Numbered from the stretch's first letter, positions 50,301 through 60,266 are shown. The stretch is 64,000 bases of DNA from IMGVR_UViG_3300048625_000299:124001-188000; one strand, 5' to 3'. Made by a program: numbers and translations. The notes: generated by a model not told the origin, from the sequence alone.

Positions 50301-53300
50301 CATCCGTCCCTGTTGAGCCAGAAGGATGTATGACTATCGGCGTGGTCAATGTTCCATCATATCCAAGTTTATCTGCTAAAGAAGCTGCTGATAGCGGCCG
50401 TCCAGATTTGGGTGTGTATGTGCTTCCACAACAAAACCGTAGATACACGATGAAGGATATTTCCGACATTGAAGGCCGTATCAGCCGTTTGGAATACTAC
50501 ACACTATTGAATACCCTGGAAACAAGCACCAAACAAATGGTATTGCCTGGAGAAGCTAACTCATCGATTGAGCGCTTCAAGAACGGATTCTTCGTAGACC
50601 CAATGACGGACTATAATGTATCTAATTTGCAAGATCCAGAATACAAAGTATTGATCGATACGGTTAGCGGCATTGCACGTCCATACTTCTCCGACGCACG
50701 CGTCGATCTGAAGTTCAATCCATCTACAAGCACGAACGTCAGCAAGCATGGTGATCATGTATTGATCAACTACAGCAATACGACAGTAATGTTGAGCCAG
50801 CCTACTGCTACTAAGGACCGCACTTTGGTAGACCAATACTGGAGATATGTTGGTAACCTGACCACCGTTCCATCATTCGATAGCTACTACGACATCGCAA
50901 ACACGTCCGTGTCTGTTGTTATTGATTTGGCATCACCACTCAATAACCTAGCGCAAGCTACATCGGCCGCATTGTCGCAACTCAAGGTCAACACGAACGT
51001 CCTTGGATCTGTCAATGCCGGAAGCTCATACCTGATCAGCCAATCTGGATTGACCCAGACATGGAGACAGAACGTCAATACTGCTCTTGCAGATACTAAA
51101 GTGACATTGGCTGGCGGCGGTGCTACTACTTCCAACGCAACGACCGTCGATATATTGAGTAGCCTAGAACTGCAACAATATATTCGCGATCAACGCGTCC
51201 ACTTCGTCAGCACTGGTTTGCGTCCTGGCGCACGCCATTACGTGTATTTCGATGGCGTTCACATTTCAGACAGAGCAGCTCCTGCCACTGTAGACTTGTC
51301 GTTGACGTCGCTATTGCCAACATCTTTCGTTGCTACTGGTGCGATCGGTTCTCCGCTCGTTGCTAACAGCATGGGTGTAGTGGCAGGGTTTATCGACATT
51401 CCTAAATCGACATATTTCGTCGGTGAGCGTTCCGTCGTGTTGATGGACGTCGACAACGTTGAGTCTGAGGCTTCTGCTACATCACGCGGTTTTGGTAAGT
51501 TCACAGCATACGCATTCTCTGGCAACAGAACTAACTTATCGATTTCGACAAAGACTATCGATGTTGCTGGTGGTAGCGGATTCTCCGCGACAAATTACCT
51601 GTCAGCCACATACTACCGCAACGACCACACAGATTTCAACGTTCAGTTGCCTAATCCAGACCCACTTGCACAAACATTTAAAGTGCAATCAACGGGCGAT
51701 CAGACCGACGGCGTGTTTATCACCGGTCTAGACGTATACTTCAAGGCAAAGGATGCCACACAAGGTGTCACTATCGAGATTCGTGAAACTAATAATGGCG
51801 TGCCTGCATCCGTTATTGTTCCATTCTCACGAGTATACAAAACAAGCAGTCAAGTGTCCATCAGTAACAATGCGTCCGTTGCTACTACGTTCAACTTTGA
51901 GACGCCTGTATATTTGAGAGCTGGTAACGACTATGCTATTGTATTGTATCCAGACGCTAATACGCCCGAATATCGTGTATTCACAGCACGTGTCGGCTAT
52001 AAAGATCTGACCAACGCAAACCTGACAGTCAATCAAAACTGGGGCCTTGGTACGTTGTTCTACTCTACATCGGGATCGGTGTGGACGCCTGTTCAGGACG
52101 AAGACTTGAAGTTCACCATCAGACGCGCTAAGTTTGAAGCTACTTCTGGTACTGCTGTTCTAAACAACAGTGATTATGAGTTCCTGACAATCACAAATGC
52201 GTCTGGCGCTGTGCGTGGTGGCGAAGCGATTGCTCAGCTCCACCCAAACAACTACCTGAATACTGTGCTAACATCAGCTACAGATAACAACATTATCAGC
52301 ACAAGTACCAATATGACCTCTTCGTTGGCTGCTGGTGACGATGTATTGATCATCTATGGCACAAGCCCAACAGTAAGCTCTGGCAATGTAACGATTAGCT
52401 CGACTACAGTAACCAATGCTGCTGGCCAGTCTACGTCATTCACAACAGACTATAGTAACGGCAGCTTCATCAAGCTTGGTAGCTCATCGAATGGCGAAAT
52501 CCGTCAAATCGTGTCTGTAACCAACAACACATTGATGACGATCGACGCGCCAATCGTAGGCAATACAACAAGTACACAACAGTTCCGCATTTCGCCACTG
52601 TTCCAAGTTGCAAAGGTACTATCGGCCAACTCTTCAACAATTACGTTGAATAAGGCTGCCGCAGCAAATACCACATCGACCGTGCAAGCTACTATCCAAA
52701 AGGCAGTTGCAGGTACAGTTGACACGTACGACTATGGCAATAACATCATCTATATCAACAACTCTTCGTCAGCTAACGACACATTCAAGTTCTTTGCATC
52801 GAATAGCACATACCGTGCTACGATCATAGGAGACACTACACAAGCCAAGGCAGAGGTGTCTAGCATCGATAACGTCAGCGTCAACTTTTTCAAGCCGTTC
52901 TTCAGCACAATCGTGACTCCAGGAACATCGTTGTCATTGACATCGACCTTCACGCTCCAAAATACTGGAACAACGGACACGAAGTTGTATGAGTTGGGTA
53001 TGTTGAATAAGCTGTCCTTCAACGATAATGCTGTGATCAAGAGCCGTAGTAATGAGATTGTTGGATCTGTCGTGACTAAGTCGTTTGCTGTGTCGATGAG
53101 CTTCAGTTCATCGTCTACAGACACGTCGCCTGTTCTCGATGTGAACCCAGTCAGCGTCATTACGACTCGCAACCTGATCAACAACGATACGACCAACGAA
53201 ACAACTCGCTACGGCAATGCTGTAAGTAAGTATATTTCTAAGCGTCTATCATTGACAGAAGGAATGGATGCTGAGGACGTTAAGGTATTCTTGACAGCAT

Positions 53301-53887
53301 ACAAACCAACCGGCACTAACGTCGACGTATATGCTAAGGTGCTTAACTTTAGCGATGGTGAGTTGTTCGAAGATAAAGACTGGACATTGTTGGACTTGTC
53401 TACGTCCCCATATGTGTACAGTGATTCGTTGAACGATCAAGACTACCGTGAATACGAGTACACATTCCCAGCTACACCGCCATCTTTACAGCTCGGCGGT
53501 GTAGGCCAGACGTACAGCAATACTACGATCACAGGATCTAGCACCGCGTTCGATACATACTTGGCTGCTGGCGATTTCATTAAAGTAGTTAAGTCGAACA
53601 CTTTGACTGATTATGACGTGCTGCGTGTAGCATCTGCCAATAGCAGCACGATCACTACAACAACCGATGTATCGTTTACGTCTACTGGATGTACCATCGA
53701 AAAGGTTACACAACCTAAGGCCGCGTTCAAGTATTGCCGCAACAATAACATTGTTCGTTACCATGGTATAACTGGCGCCGCGTATGATACGTACAAGTAT
53801 ATGGCAATCAAGATCGTATTGAGATCGCCATACAACTACTTGGTACCAACAGTCAATGACGTACGTGCATTAGCAGTATCGGTATGA
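47327..53887 (+). CDS. Large virion structural protein (DUF4815/VrlC-like)
   Basis: SPYFDDY...YHRVLFKPSVAVQARELTQLQTILQNQIERFG...RFKNGFFVD...DPLAQTF. Confidence 0.88.
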   Translation: MPLDKQSTTLRQSPYFDDYAEESNYHRVLFKPSVAVQARELTQLQTILQNQIERFGDNIYQTGTIIKGCSLITDSEYHYVKLFDLQPSGDNYSISALVNTFVVESTSNLHALTVNYAQGGQQLDPDLNTLYLKYLNTGTNGEKTYSNNSVLTSYHRDYRVESIRVVDGGTLYSNSDVVGFVSNTGSGASAQIITYANGTIRSVNVVERGSGYVTVPDITITSTNGSGASLNIINYLAQVQVANSVYTSPVGRGTAIKTSDGVIYQKGHFIRVAAHETILSKYNITPSNVAVGFVTSEAVVNSNSDQTLLDNAGGTTNFTAPGADRLKLTANLVALSTANAASNNEFLSLYEYQDGRVVKDRTFTQYNSINKELARRTYEESGNYVVNPFTLYSEGIVGNTSHLSMVVGAGVGYVEGGRVEIMNNTRYPIRKATDTATDTTQTIATNYGGYVMIKEYMGTFDVKNATTIALYNDTTASPYGRAAISTGAGIGAPSGGVQIGTARVRSVAYDSGVPGSAECTYRMYLFDVQMSPGYAFRDVRTAVANSSGVADIIWDSALGYAVQYDTDFDRLVFETGTFAVQQLDNEVVIARTSNNTGSFTLSGDLSISLGSGVQFPYEASSTLNTVQERDFIVVPSSAMTKSSNNSGTITVSSGANTVTGTGTLFTTEYTVGQYIKVGNTSISGNTALITRIISNTSLQVATNWGATWSGNAHHTTYPANVPIDFAPAGRSITTDSTRSAITVSLGHPITATAGATIYHDAEYDSPAVRVKSANTYYVKVSNTATNTSSRGPWCLGIPDVVDLIGVYVGTGTTYANTSSTNYRDSFVIDSGQTDNFYGLASLKIKPGASVSLTNKNLLVVVKAMTHGVGSYISTESYSGAIDDVSEPLPANKIRTQDIPVFVSPKTGKAYDLRNVIDFRPICSNTAVLAANTSTATIDPSSTVSFAATDKKFPSPTRSFTGSVTSYLARRDRIIIDKVGSIRIVEGTPSNSPSVPVEPEGCMTIGVVNVPSYPSLSAKEAADSGRPDLGVYVLPQQNRRYTMKDISDIEGRISRLEYYTLLNTLETSTKQMVLPGEANSSIERFKNGFFVDPMTDYNVSNLQDPEYKVLIDTVSGIARPYFSDARVDLKFNPSTSTNVSKHGDHVLINYSNTTVMLSQPTATKDRTLVDQYWRYVGNLTTVPSFDSYYDIANTSVSVVIDLASPLNNLAQATSAALSQLKVNTNVLGSVNAGSSYLISQSGLTQTWRQNVNTALADTKVTLAGGGATTSNATTVDILSSLELQQYIRDQRVHFVSTGLRPGARHYVYFDGVHISDRAAPATVDLSLTSLLPTSFVATGAIGSPLVANSMGVVAGFIDIPKSTYFVGERSVVLMDVDNVESEASATSRGFGKFTAYAFSGNRTNLSISTKTIDVAGGSGFSATNYLSATYYRNDHTDFNVQLPNPDPLAQTFKVQSTGDQTDGVFITGLDVYFKAKDATQGVTIEIRETNNGVPASVIVPFSRVYKTSSQVSISNNASVATTFNFETPVYLRAGNDYAIVLYPDANTPEYRVFTARVGYKDLTNANLTVNQNWGLGTLFYSTSGSVWTPVQDEDLKFTIRRAKFEATSGTAVLNNSDYEFLTITNASGAVRGGEAIAQLHPNNYLNTVLTSATDNNIISTSTNMTSSLAAGDDVLIIYGTSPTVSSGNVTISSTTVTNAAGQSTSFTTDYSNGSFIKLGSSSNGEIRQIVSVTNNTLMTIDAPIVGNTTSTQQFRISPLFQVAKVLSANSSTITLNKAAAANTTSTVQATIQKAVAGTVDTYDYGNNIIYINNSSSANDTFKFFASNSTYRATIIGDTTQAKAEVSSIDNVSVNFFKPFFSTIVTPGTSLSLTSTFTLQNTGTTDTKLYELGMLNKLSFNDNAVIKSRSNEIVGSVVTKSFAVSMSFSSSSTDTSPVLDVNPVSVITTRNLINNDTTNETTRYGNAVSKYISKRLSLTEGMDAEDVKVFLTAYKPTGTNVDVYAKVLNFSDGELFEDKDWTLLDLSTSPYVYSDSLNDQDYREYEYTFPATPPSLQLGGVGQTYSNTTITGSSTAFDTYLAAGDFIKVVKSNTLTDYDVLRVASANSSTITTTTDVSFTSTGCTIEKVTQPKAAFKYCRNNNIVRYHGITGAAYDTYKYMAIKIVLRSPYNYLVPTVNDVRALAVSV

Positions 53888-54102
53888 TTGTGCAGACCAC
53901 GGACGCCAATTTTGCGCGTGATACAGAGAATCACGCGGTAATAAATACCAATACTACCGCGTTCATGCTATACAAACAGCAGCGAGACAAGTCACGTACA
54001 GTGGACGCACTCGCTGCTGAAGTCAACGATTTGAAGAGTGATATCAGCGAAATCAAACAATTATTAGGACAATTGATTAAAAATGCCTCTACTAATAGCT
54101 AA
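53884..54102 (+). CDS. Small conserved coiled-coil virion-associated protein
   Basis: RD...AVINTN...EVNDLKSDISEIKQLL; typical follower of DUF4815. Confidence 0.7.
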   Translation: MIVQTTDANFARDTENHAVINTNTTAFMLYKQQRDKSRTVDALAAEVNDLKSDISEIKQLLGQLIKNASTNS

Positions 54103-54886
54103 TGTAAACCCAACGTCCGACACGTTTCAGTCGTGGGTCGATAAGACGAATCAGATCGCAGATGCCATGTCGACTGTCGTTCTTACAACGGCCGCTAATA
54201 CCATTGGTGGACAAAATAGCGCTAACGCATTTGTGAATGGTATCTTTGCTGCTCAAACAATGGTGGCTGTCAGCGAGCTTCGTGGTGGGGGAGTCACTTC
54301 ATCTGCTAACTTGTATGTTACCTCTAATGCTCATTTTACGGGCGCTAACCTAAGTGCAGCTACGACGTATCTAAATCTTCAAGCAACGTCTGCTCTCGCT
54401 AACGCTACGATATTGACGATAACTGGTACTACTGCCAACGTGACGTCCAATTTGTACGTTAAGGGAAGCTCCTTGACAGTAGTTGCTGCTGGTAGAGTTG
54501 GTATCAATACGACATCCGCCGATGCTGCACTGACCGTAGTTGGTGGTGCGAACGTATCTGCGGCGCTGTATGTTGGCACCACAACTACATTGAATGGTAA
54601 CGTCGTTGCTACTGCCAACGTCACGTTGTACTCGGCAGGCGACAATTCGGTAGGAACGTTGTATTTGGGCAATACAGCAACTCGGTATCTGAAGTATGAT
54701 GGCACAAAGTTTATACTAGCCACAGCTAACCTACAAGTTAATGGTTACATCACAGCAAGCGGCATTACTACTGTCAGCAACACAGGAATCGACGGAGTTG
54801 ATGTCGCAGCATTTAAGGCTGCTTACGATAACCGCAACATACTAAGAGTATACGACGTCAACGGCACGCAGCTATTCTCTATGTGA
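54083..54886 (+). CDS. Putative fibre/fibritin-like virion protein
   Basis: DTFQSWVDKTN N-terminal motif; Thr/Asn/Gly beta-rich body. Confidence 0.6.
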   Translation: MPLLIANVNPTSDTFQSWVDKTNQIADAMSTVVLTTAANTIGGQNSANAFVNGIFAAQTMVAVSELRGGGVTSSANLYVTSNAHFTGANLSAATTYLNLQATSALANATILTITGTTANVTSNLYVKGSSLTVVAAGRVGINTTSADAALTVVGGANVSAALYVGTTTTLNGNVVATANVTLYSAGDNSVGTLYLGNTATRYLKYDGTKFILATANLQVNGYITASGITTVSNTGIDGVDVAAFKAAYDNRNILRVYDVNGTQLFSM

Positions 54887-54896
54887 TTGGTGATCC

Positions 54897-55907
54897 ATGG
54901 GAAGACCTCTTAAAATATTATCTTCATCGGGCTCAGCTATTTCCTTCAAGGAAATGTCCGATGCTGAAATCTACAACACATTTTCATATCCCATACTACA
55001 GCAGTTTGCCAGCAATTACGATTCAGGCAACTTGACTAGTAGTGGAGGATCTGGAACGCTATCGTCCGTCGGTAGCATAATTGATTATTATACCGTAGGT
55101 ACGGTAGGCGCTCATCCAACATCGGCAGTAGCTTACGATACAGACTCTGTATACTATAAGACCGATACAGTCACTGAAAGCATCACTCGTCCGCTCACGT
55201 GGGCTAATGGCGCAATCAGGGAAATGTCCGATGCTGAAATCAACACATACATTATCGATCCAACACTTGCCAACATGGCGAATGGTGGATTGGGGTCATA
55301 TTATTTGACATCCGGTAGTGCTCCGTCGCACGTAGGTGGCGGGACATGGACATCGAGGTATGGCAATGCGGATATAATCGACTCCGGTTCGTATGGCAGT
55401 CAGTCCATCACGGTCTGGCAATTGACTAGCATATCAGCTCCTTCTAGCACCGCACTGCCCGTTCGCTGGACAAACAACAACATATACCAATACCAAGGTT
55501 CGCTGATCAACAGCCTCACAGCACGATTCCGTAACAGAATGAAGACGACTGGAATCGGCCTCCACAGTATCGGAGCATCGGCTCCTGGAACTGGCACTTG
55601 GGCGTCCCGTGGATCATACCAAGACACAAAGCGTATAATATCGAATCTCGGATACACAGGATATTACACTGGATCGTATACTGGAACGTATGCGGGAGCA
55701 TACGCAGGTGACTATGCTGGTAGCTACATATTGTGGTACGGCGGAAGTATCGGCGCTTACTATACAGGTTACTACACTGGATATTACACTGGGTACTATA
55801 CGGGATACTATACTGGTTCGTATGCTGGAACGTATGCGGGTGATACTGTTACTGCTGGTACAGAATGGATCGGTAGTGCATATTATTTGTGGGTACGCAG
55901 AAGCTAA
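54897..55907 (+). CDS. Putative tail fibre/adhesin with Y-x-G-x tetrapeptide repeats
   Basis: YTGYYTGSYTGTYAGAYAGDYAGSY...YYTGYYTGYYTGYYTG; duplicated EMSDAEI module (22-bp exact DNA repeat at 54950 and 55220). Confidence 0.6.
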   Translation: MGRPLKILSSSGSAISFKEMSDAEIYNTFSYPILQQFASNYDSGNLTSSGGSGTLSSVGSIIDYYTVGTVGAHPTSAVAYDTDSVYYKTDTVTESITRPLTWANGAIREMSDAEINTYIIDPTLANMANGGLGSYYLTSGSAPSHVGGGTWTSRYGNADIIDSGSYGSQSITVWQLTSISAPSSTALPVRWTNNNIYQYQGSLINSLTARFRNRMKTTGIGLHSIGASAPGTGTWASRGSYQDTKRIISNLGYTGYYTGSYTGTYAGAYAGDYAGSYILWYGGSIGAYYTGYYTGYYTGYYTGYYTGSYAGTYAGDTVTAGTEWIGSAYYLWVRRS

Positions 55908-55910
55908 TAA

Positions 55911-56354
55911 ATGGAGTTAAAAATGAAATTCGAATTTCCTATCTGGGAAAACTTAGACACTAAAAATCGTATCCGCGTGAAAGCCACACAAGAGGATGGT
56001 ACATCCTCTGTTATGCTTATCCCAGTCGACGACACTAATGAACATTATCAGAGCTTACTTGAACAGGTGAGTATGGATGAGGTAGACACCAACTCTGAAC
56101 AACTCCGTCAAGCTGGAGCTGAAGGTCGCGAAAAGAGTGCCGCTCAGCAAGCCGAAAAGGCAGAACAGAAACGCGCCAATACGCTGTTCAACGCAAAGAT
56201 CGAAGCGTTTGAGATGCCAATCGTCCAGTCTGCTAGCAAAGCATGGAAGGCAAAGATTCGCAAGGCGACAACTTCTGTTGAGGTCGTAGCTATTGTGGCC
56301 GCATTGATTATTAAAGCAGGTGAACCAGTTGAAGAAAGTGCCGAAGCCAAATAA
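55911..56354 (+). CDS. Hypothetical protein, possibly fibre chaperone
   Basis: Between fibre gene and glycosyltransferase; LFNAKIEAFE...KAKIRKA. Confidence 0.55.
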   Translation: MELKMKFEFPIWENLDTKNRIRVKATQEDGTSSVMLIPVDDTNEHYQSLLEQVSMDEVDTNSEQLRQAGAEGREKSAAQQAEKAEQKRANTLFNAKIEAFEMPIVQSASKAWKAKIRKATTSVEVVAIVAALIIKAGEPVEESAEAK

Positions 56355-57030
56355 TGGCTTTGTAATTATTGCAACTTCCAAGAGGAAGTATTTGATCTCG
56401 GCAATTAATACTGCCGAGTCAATCAAAGATTATTATCCCGAAGCATCAGTAACATTATACACAACGCCAGACATACTTGCCGACAATGATGTCAGTATGT
56501 TCGACGAAGTGATCACTGATGGAGTGCCACGCGACCGCCGTGCAAAGCTATGGGCACTTAGTAGAACGCCATATGACACGACGGCATACTTAGATGCAGA
56601 TACGGTCGTCGTGTCATATGAGATAACCGATATCTTCGATCAGCTTGGTGATAGCGATATCATCTTTACCAAAATTAGACAGTACAACTCCAACCCAAAA
56701 GGGTACCTCGAAGACCCTGAGTATATCCGACATGGTGGGGTGTTTGTGTATAATAATAAACCAGACACACTGAAATTCATGGAGAACTGGTGGACGTTGT
56801 GGTTGACTACTAGATCGATTGAAGATTACAAACTTGCATATCCTGAGTACCCAGCACGCATGAAAGAGTGGGACCAATTCTACTTGTTCTATTTGGCTAA
56901 GCATACAAACCACAACCTCAAGTTAGGTTTCTTCGAAGATGATGCTCGCTGGAATTTCGTTAGTGGTTATTTACGCAGCGAGCTGAATGGTAAGCAACCA
57001 ATCATCGAACACTATACCATTAAAGATTAA
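56320..57030 (+). CDS. GT-A fold glycosyltransferase (GT8-like)
   Basis: KLWALSRTPYDTTAYLDADT (DxD)...GGVFVY...WDQF. Confidence 0.8.
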   Translation: MNQLKKVPKPNNGFVIIATSKRKYLISAINTAESIKDYYPEASVTLYTTPDILADNDVSMFDEVITDGVPRDRRAKLWALSRTPYDTTAYLDADTVVVSYEITDIFDQLGDSDIIFTKIRQYNSNPKGYLEDPEYIRHGGVFVYNNKPDTLKFMENWWTLWLTTRSIEDYKLAYPEYPARMKEWDQFYLFYLAKHTNHNLKLGFFEDDARWNFVSGYLRSELNGKQPIIEHYTIKD

Positions 57031-57034
57031 TATT

Positions 57035-57724
57035 ATGATTTTCGCGAATAGATTACCATCCGACCTTGTCGCTGACCTATACAAATTCAGCGACTGGTTC
57101 TTCAGTCAGCAGCTAGAGGATAGCGTCAAAATGACGCCTAAGAACCTCGATACTCAGTATGCTGTTAGTACTGAGTATCTCGAACTGATGAAATCGAGAC
57201 CAGATAATGTCGGGTATCCAGAAGAGGCACATGGGGCCGACTTCAGACATGTTGGCGCATATGATACAAATTTGTACTTCGATCGTGTGCAAGAGATCGA
57301 CCGCAAACTAATGAGTTTTACTGGCAGCCACAACAACGCTCTTAAAATGTATTACCCGCCAGGTGGATATATTGGATGGCATAACAATGCCAATGCGCCT
57401 GGATATAATATCTTGTTTACATATAGCGAAACAGGCGAAGGCGACTTCCGATACATCCATCCACAAACAGGCGAGTTGGTGATTATGCCCGATCGCAAGG
57501 GGTGGAGCTGTAAGGTTGGATATTATGATATCGTAGATGGCAACCCATTGTGGCATGCTGCATGGACAGGTTGTAATAGATTAAATTGGGCGTATATCAT
57601 TCATCCTGCTCTTTGGGCAAGCTTAGCCGAAGAGTTGGAAATTGATATCGACGCTATAACAAACATATTCGGACGCGATCCTACAAATGATGAAGCTGCA
57701 TCAAAGCTGGTTAGAAGAGGTTGA
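57035..57724 (+). CDS. 2OG-Fe(II) oxygenase-like protein
   Basis: YYPPGGYIGWHNN...LWHAAW...R jelly-roll motifs; HxN in place of HxD. Confidence 0.65.
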   Translation: MIFANRLPSDLVADLYKFSDWFFSQQLEDSVKMTPKNLDTQYAVSTEYLELMKSRPDNVGYPEEAHGADFRHVGAYDTNLYFDRVQEIDRKLMSFTGSHNNALKMYYPPGGYIGWHNNANAPGYNILFTYSETGEGDFRYIHPQTGELVIMPDRKGWSCKVGYYDIVDGNPLWHAAWTGCNRLNWAYIIHPALWASLAEELEIDIDAITNIFGRDPTNDEAASKLVRRG

Positions 57725-58313
57725 TGGCGATGTCGGTGTGTTCTGGTCCTCTGGGCTAGAGTCAACGTTGTTGCTGCTCATGTGCATAGAGAAGTATGGT
57801 AAGGATAGAGTACATACCTTCACACAAAAGTTTCCACATGATGATCCCTTTGACCGAGCAGTCAAGCACTACCACTACTTTGCAGACGCACTTGCAGATG
57901 AGATGGGGCTGTGCAACCATCATACAGTAGAGGTTGGTTCGGGGGGATTGAATAGCAACGAAGTCCGAATCGATTTATACAACGCTGCTATCAAACTTGT
58001 TCCGAATATCGAGGCGATATATGTTGGGGTTAATACTACACAAGTTGGGCGTCTCATAGACCCAACACAACGTCAAATCGTAGCGGACGCATGGGATACC
58101 GCAACCCTAATAAAAACACCTTTCATGGACATCAAAAAATACGAAGCGATTAAGATGTTTTATGAATATGGATACAGTCAGTGGATTACTAGCACGCGAT
58201 CGTGTGCTAGGTCTACAGTATATCATTGCGGTAGATGCTCCAATTGTACAGAGCGGAAGATGGGGTTCGATCAGGCCGGCATACAAGACCCAACGACTTA
58301 CATGATCGATTGA
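57687..58313 (+). CDS. QueC-like PP-loop ATPase
   Basis: SSGLES (PP-loop variant); TRSC...HCGRCSNC..R zinc site. Confidence 0.75.
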   Translation: MMKLHQSWLEEVDGDVGVFWSSGLESTLLLLMCIEKYGKDRVHTFTQKFPHDDPFDRAVKHYHYFADALADEMGLCNHHTVEVGSGGLNSNEVRIDLYNAAIKLVPNIEAIYVGVNTTQVGRLIDPTQRQIVADAWDTATLIKTPFMDIKKYEAIKMFYEYGYSQWITSTRSCARSTVYHCGRCSNCTERKMGFDQAGIQDPTTYMID

Positions 58314-58999
58314 ATCATTCTAACATTTGGGTTAAATTCATCTCCCAACCATAACCAATCTTCTTGGAATTCTGATAGATAGAGCTCATTGTATTCTACA
58401 GCATGGTCTCTATCTTTTGGTTTACGTGCAAAAGAATTACGCGGCTCAAAGTGTGATAATTTGCCACCACGTTGGCGTATAATCTCATCAACGAAGTTTT
58501 GCTCCCCATTGATTGGTGGGAGTGCCACCATTAAGTCGATAATGTAGCGCTGCATCCAATAGCGCGGCGATGTATGAAATGTTTCGGGGATGCATTTGAA
58601 GTCTCCGCCATTGAACTTATACAGCCCACCGTTGATAGTAAACCCTTCGCCCTTCCATCTAGTCCACCATCTGTATGGGGCAACCAATTCGTTAGGCGAA
58701 ACGTGTTGGTTGAATATATCAGTGACATCGTCCACAAACGTCCAATCGAGATCAGACACGAAACAAACCTGACCTTCCGGAGCCATGTTAAAGAAATCAA
58801 CTTTGTGCCATTGTCGTCTCCCATCGTCATTTTCGATCGGAATCACCTCTATGTGTTTGCCAAATTCAGACTTATCGTAAGTGGTGTAGCAGTGCAGTTG
58901 TAGCGGCAGATTTACATGATCTTTTAGCTGTCTGTAAAATCTTTCCACATGATTGGGCGTGTAGTTGGGCCCAGTGCAAACTGTATAAATCGGTATCAT
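58298..58999 (-). CDS. Glycosyltransferase-like protein
   Basis: VCTG..YTP.HVERF...WHKVDFF...DLD...GEQNFV. Confidence 0.65.
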   Translation of the reverse strand: MIPIYTVCTGPNYTPNHVERFYRQLKDHVNLPLQLHCYTTYDKSEFGKHIEVIPIENDDGRRQWHKVDFFNMAPEGQVCFVSDLDWTFVDDVTDIFNQHVSPNELVAPYRWWTRWKGEGFTINGGLYKFNGGDFKCIPETFHTSPRYWMQRYIIDLMVALPPINGEQNFVDEIIRQRGGKLSHFEPRNSFARKPKDRDHAVEYNELYLSEFQEDWLWLGDEFNPNVRMIQSIM

Positions 59000-59598
59000 A
59001 ACTTCTGGATTGCTACTTGCGATGAGTCAGGAATGTCCAATACCTCGATTCTATTCCAGTTGCAGTGTATGAAGGAATCTATCGCCAGTCTAGGAGATAG
59101 AGATGGATCGCCCGACTTTTCTTTTGCTGAGTGTTTAGTGTATTTCCAACGGGTTGCGTCGTCTAGTAGTATAACGCCCCCTTGCCGTATTAATTGGAAG
59201 CAACGAACAAGATCTTCAAGTACAGTTGCTGCAGTGTGATCGCCATCGATATAAATGAAGTCAATTCCTGAACCGATTCTGTGGATCACGTCCGATGATG
59301 GGATGTTATAAAAAGTAATCTTATCTCTATGAGTGCATTGGTTCATGTTGTCCACGAAGCGATCTTTTACAATATCCAGTACTGTCTCATCAACTTCGTA
59401 GTTTCCTTTAAACGGATCGATCGCTACGTGATTGACGATCGATGGATAATTGTCTACCATCCAAAACGTAGTGCGGCCTTCGAATACGCCAATCTCCATC
59501 GTATAAGATGGGTTGATAATATGCTTGTCAAATATGTGCTTAATATTCTTGGTACTGGCTTTTGCCCAATCTACGATATAATTGTAGCTCACTTCCAA
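58996..59598 (-). CDS. Class I SAM-dependent methyltransferase (Methyltransf_24-like)
   Basis: MEIGVFEGRTT...IDP...DFIYIDGDH....VLED...GGVILLDD. Confidence 0.88.
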   Translation of the reverse strand: MEVSYNYIVDWAKASTKNIKHIFDKHIINPSYTMEIGVFEGRTTFWMVDNYPSIVNHVAIDPFKGNYEVDETVLDIVKDRFVDNMNQCTHRDKITFYNIPSSDVIHRIGSGIDFIYIDGDHTAATVLEDLVRCFQLIRQGGVILLDDATRWKYTKHSAKEKSGDPSLSPRLAIDSFIHCNWNRIEVLDIPDSSQVAIQKL

Positions 59599-60266
59599 TA
59601 CTCCTTCACGATCGGGTCATCTAATACGTCTGTTGGCTTAGGGTGGCCATGAAATATACACACAGCGTACGATGGACGATATTTAAATTTAGCGCCGTCG
59701 CATAGATCAGCGCCACGGCGATAAGAGTAAACCTCTCCTCGAGGAATAGTAGCGACTGGCAGCTTCTCGTGCCACAGGAAGCGATCGACCCCTTTGTACG
59801 TCGCCATATGTCTTTCTGGGTCTTGCATGAAGTGCTCGTATATTGACGATGCGTCCTTCCATATCATTATGCTGGAATTATACATCGTATTGCGTTCCAT
59901 CCAATCCGAGAGAATGATTGGATCTTTCCAATAAGCCATGCATACAGTCAAGCTGTCGGAGGCTAGTTCAAATAGGTGGTCGATGTTTCCATGAATGACT
60001 ACGTCTAGGTCAAACAGCATCTTAACGTCATACTGCTCTAACTTAGGATGAACAAGAATGGGAAGCTTAAACCACCACGTCTCGAAGTCATGCTTGGATT
60101 CGATTGGCAGTATGTGGATCGATTGATCGATCCCAGTAGGATCATCGGTGTAGCAATAAATAGGGGTGAGTGGATCACCCCAACGCCGAAGCATCGATGC
60201 TAGATTGTTAACATATTCGGCCGAGTATTTTTGGCCCCACTTCAGACAGACATAACAAGTTTTCAT
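59589..60266 (-). CDS. Glycosyltransferase-like protein
   Basis: CLKWGQKYSAEYVNNL...WWFKL...FDLDVVI...NSSIM...CIFHG.PKP. Confidence 0.75.
   Translation of the reverse strand: MKTCYVCLKWGQKYSAEYVNNLASMLRRWGDPLTPIYCYTDDPTGIDQSIHILPIESKHDFETWWFKLPILVHPKLEQYDVKMLFDLDVVIHGNIDHLFELASDSLTVCMAYWKDPIILSDWMERNTMYNSSIMIWKDASSIYEHFMQDPERHMATYKGVDRFLWHEKLPVATIPRGEVYSYRRGADLCDGAKFKYRPSYAVCIFHGHPKPTDVLDDPIVKEYWK

Noticed and set aside
55640-55850. Diversity-generating retroelement target (YTG repeats)
   Set aside because: No reverse transcriptase and no template/variable repeat pair differing at adenines; variation is mostly synonymous tandem repetition
57687-58313. Evidence that the genome carries 7-deazaguanine DNA modification
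   Set aside because: QueC-like gene alone; other pathway genes not in the window
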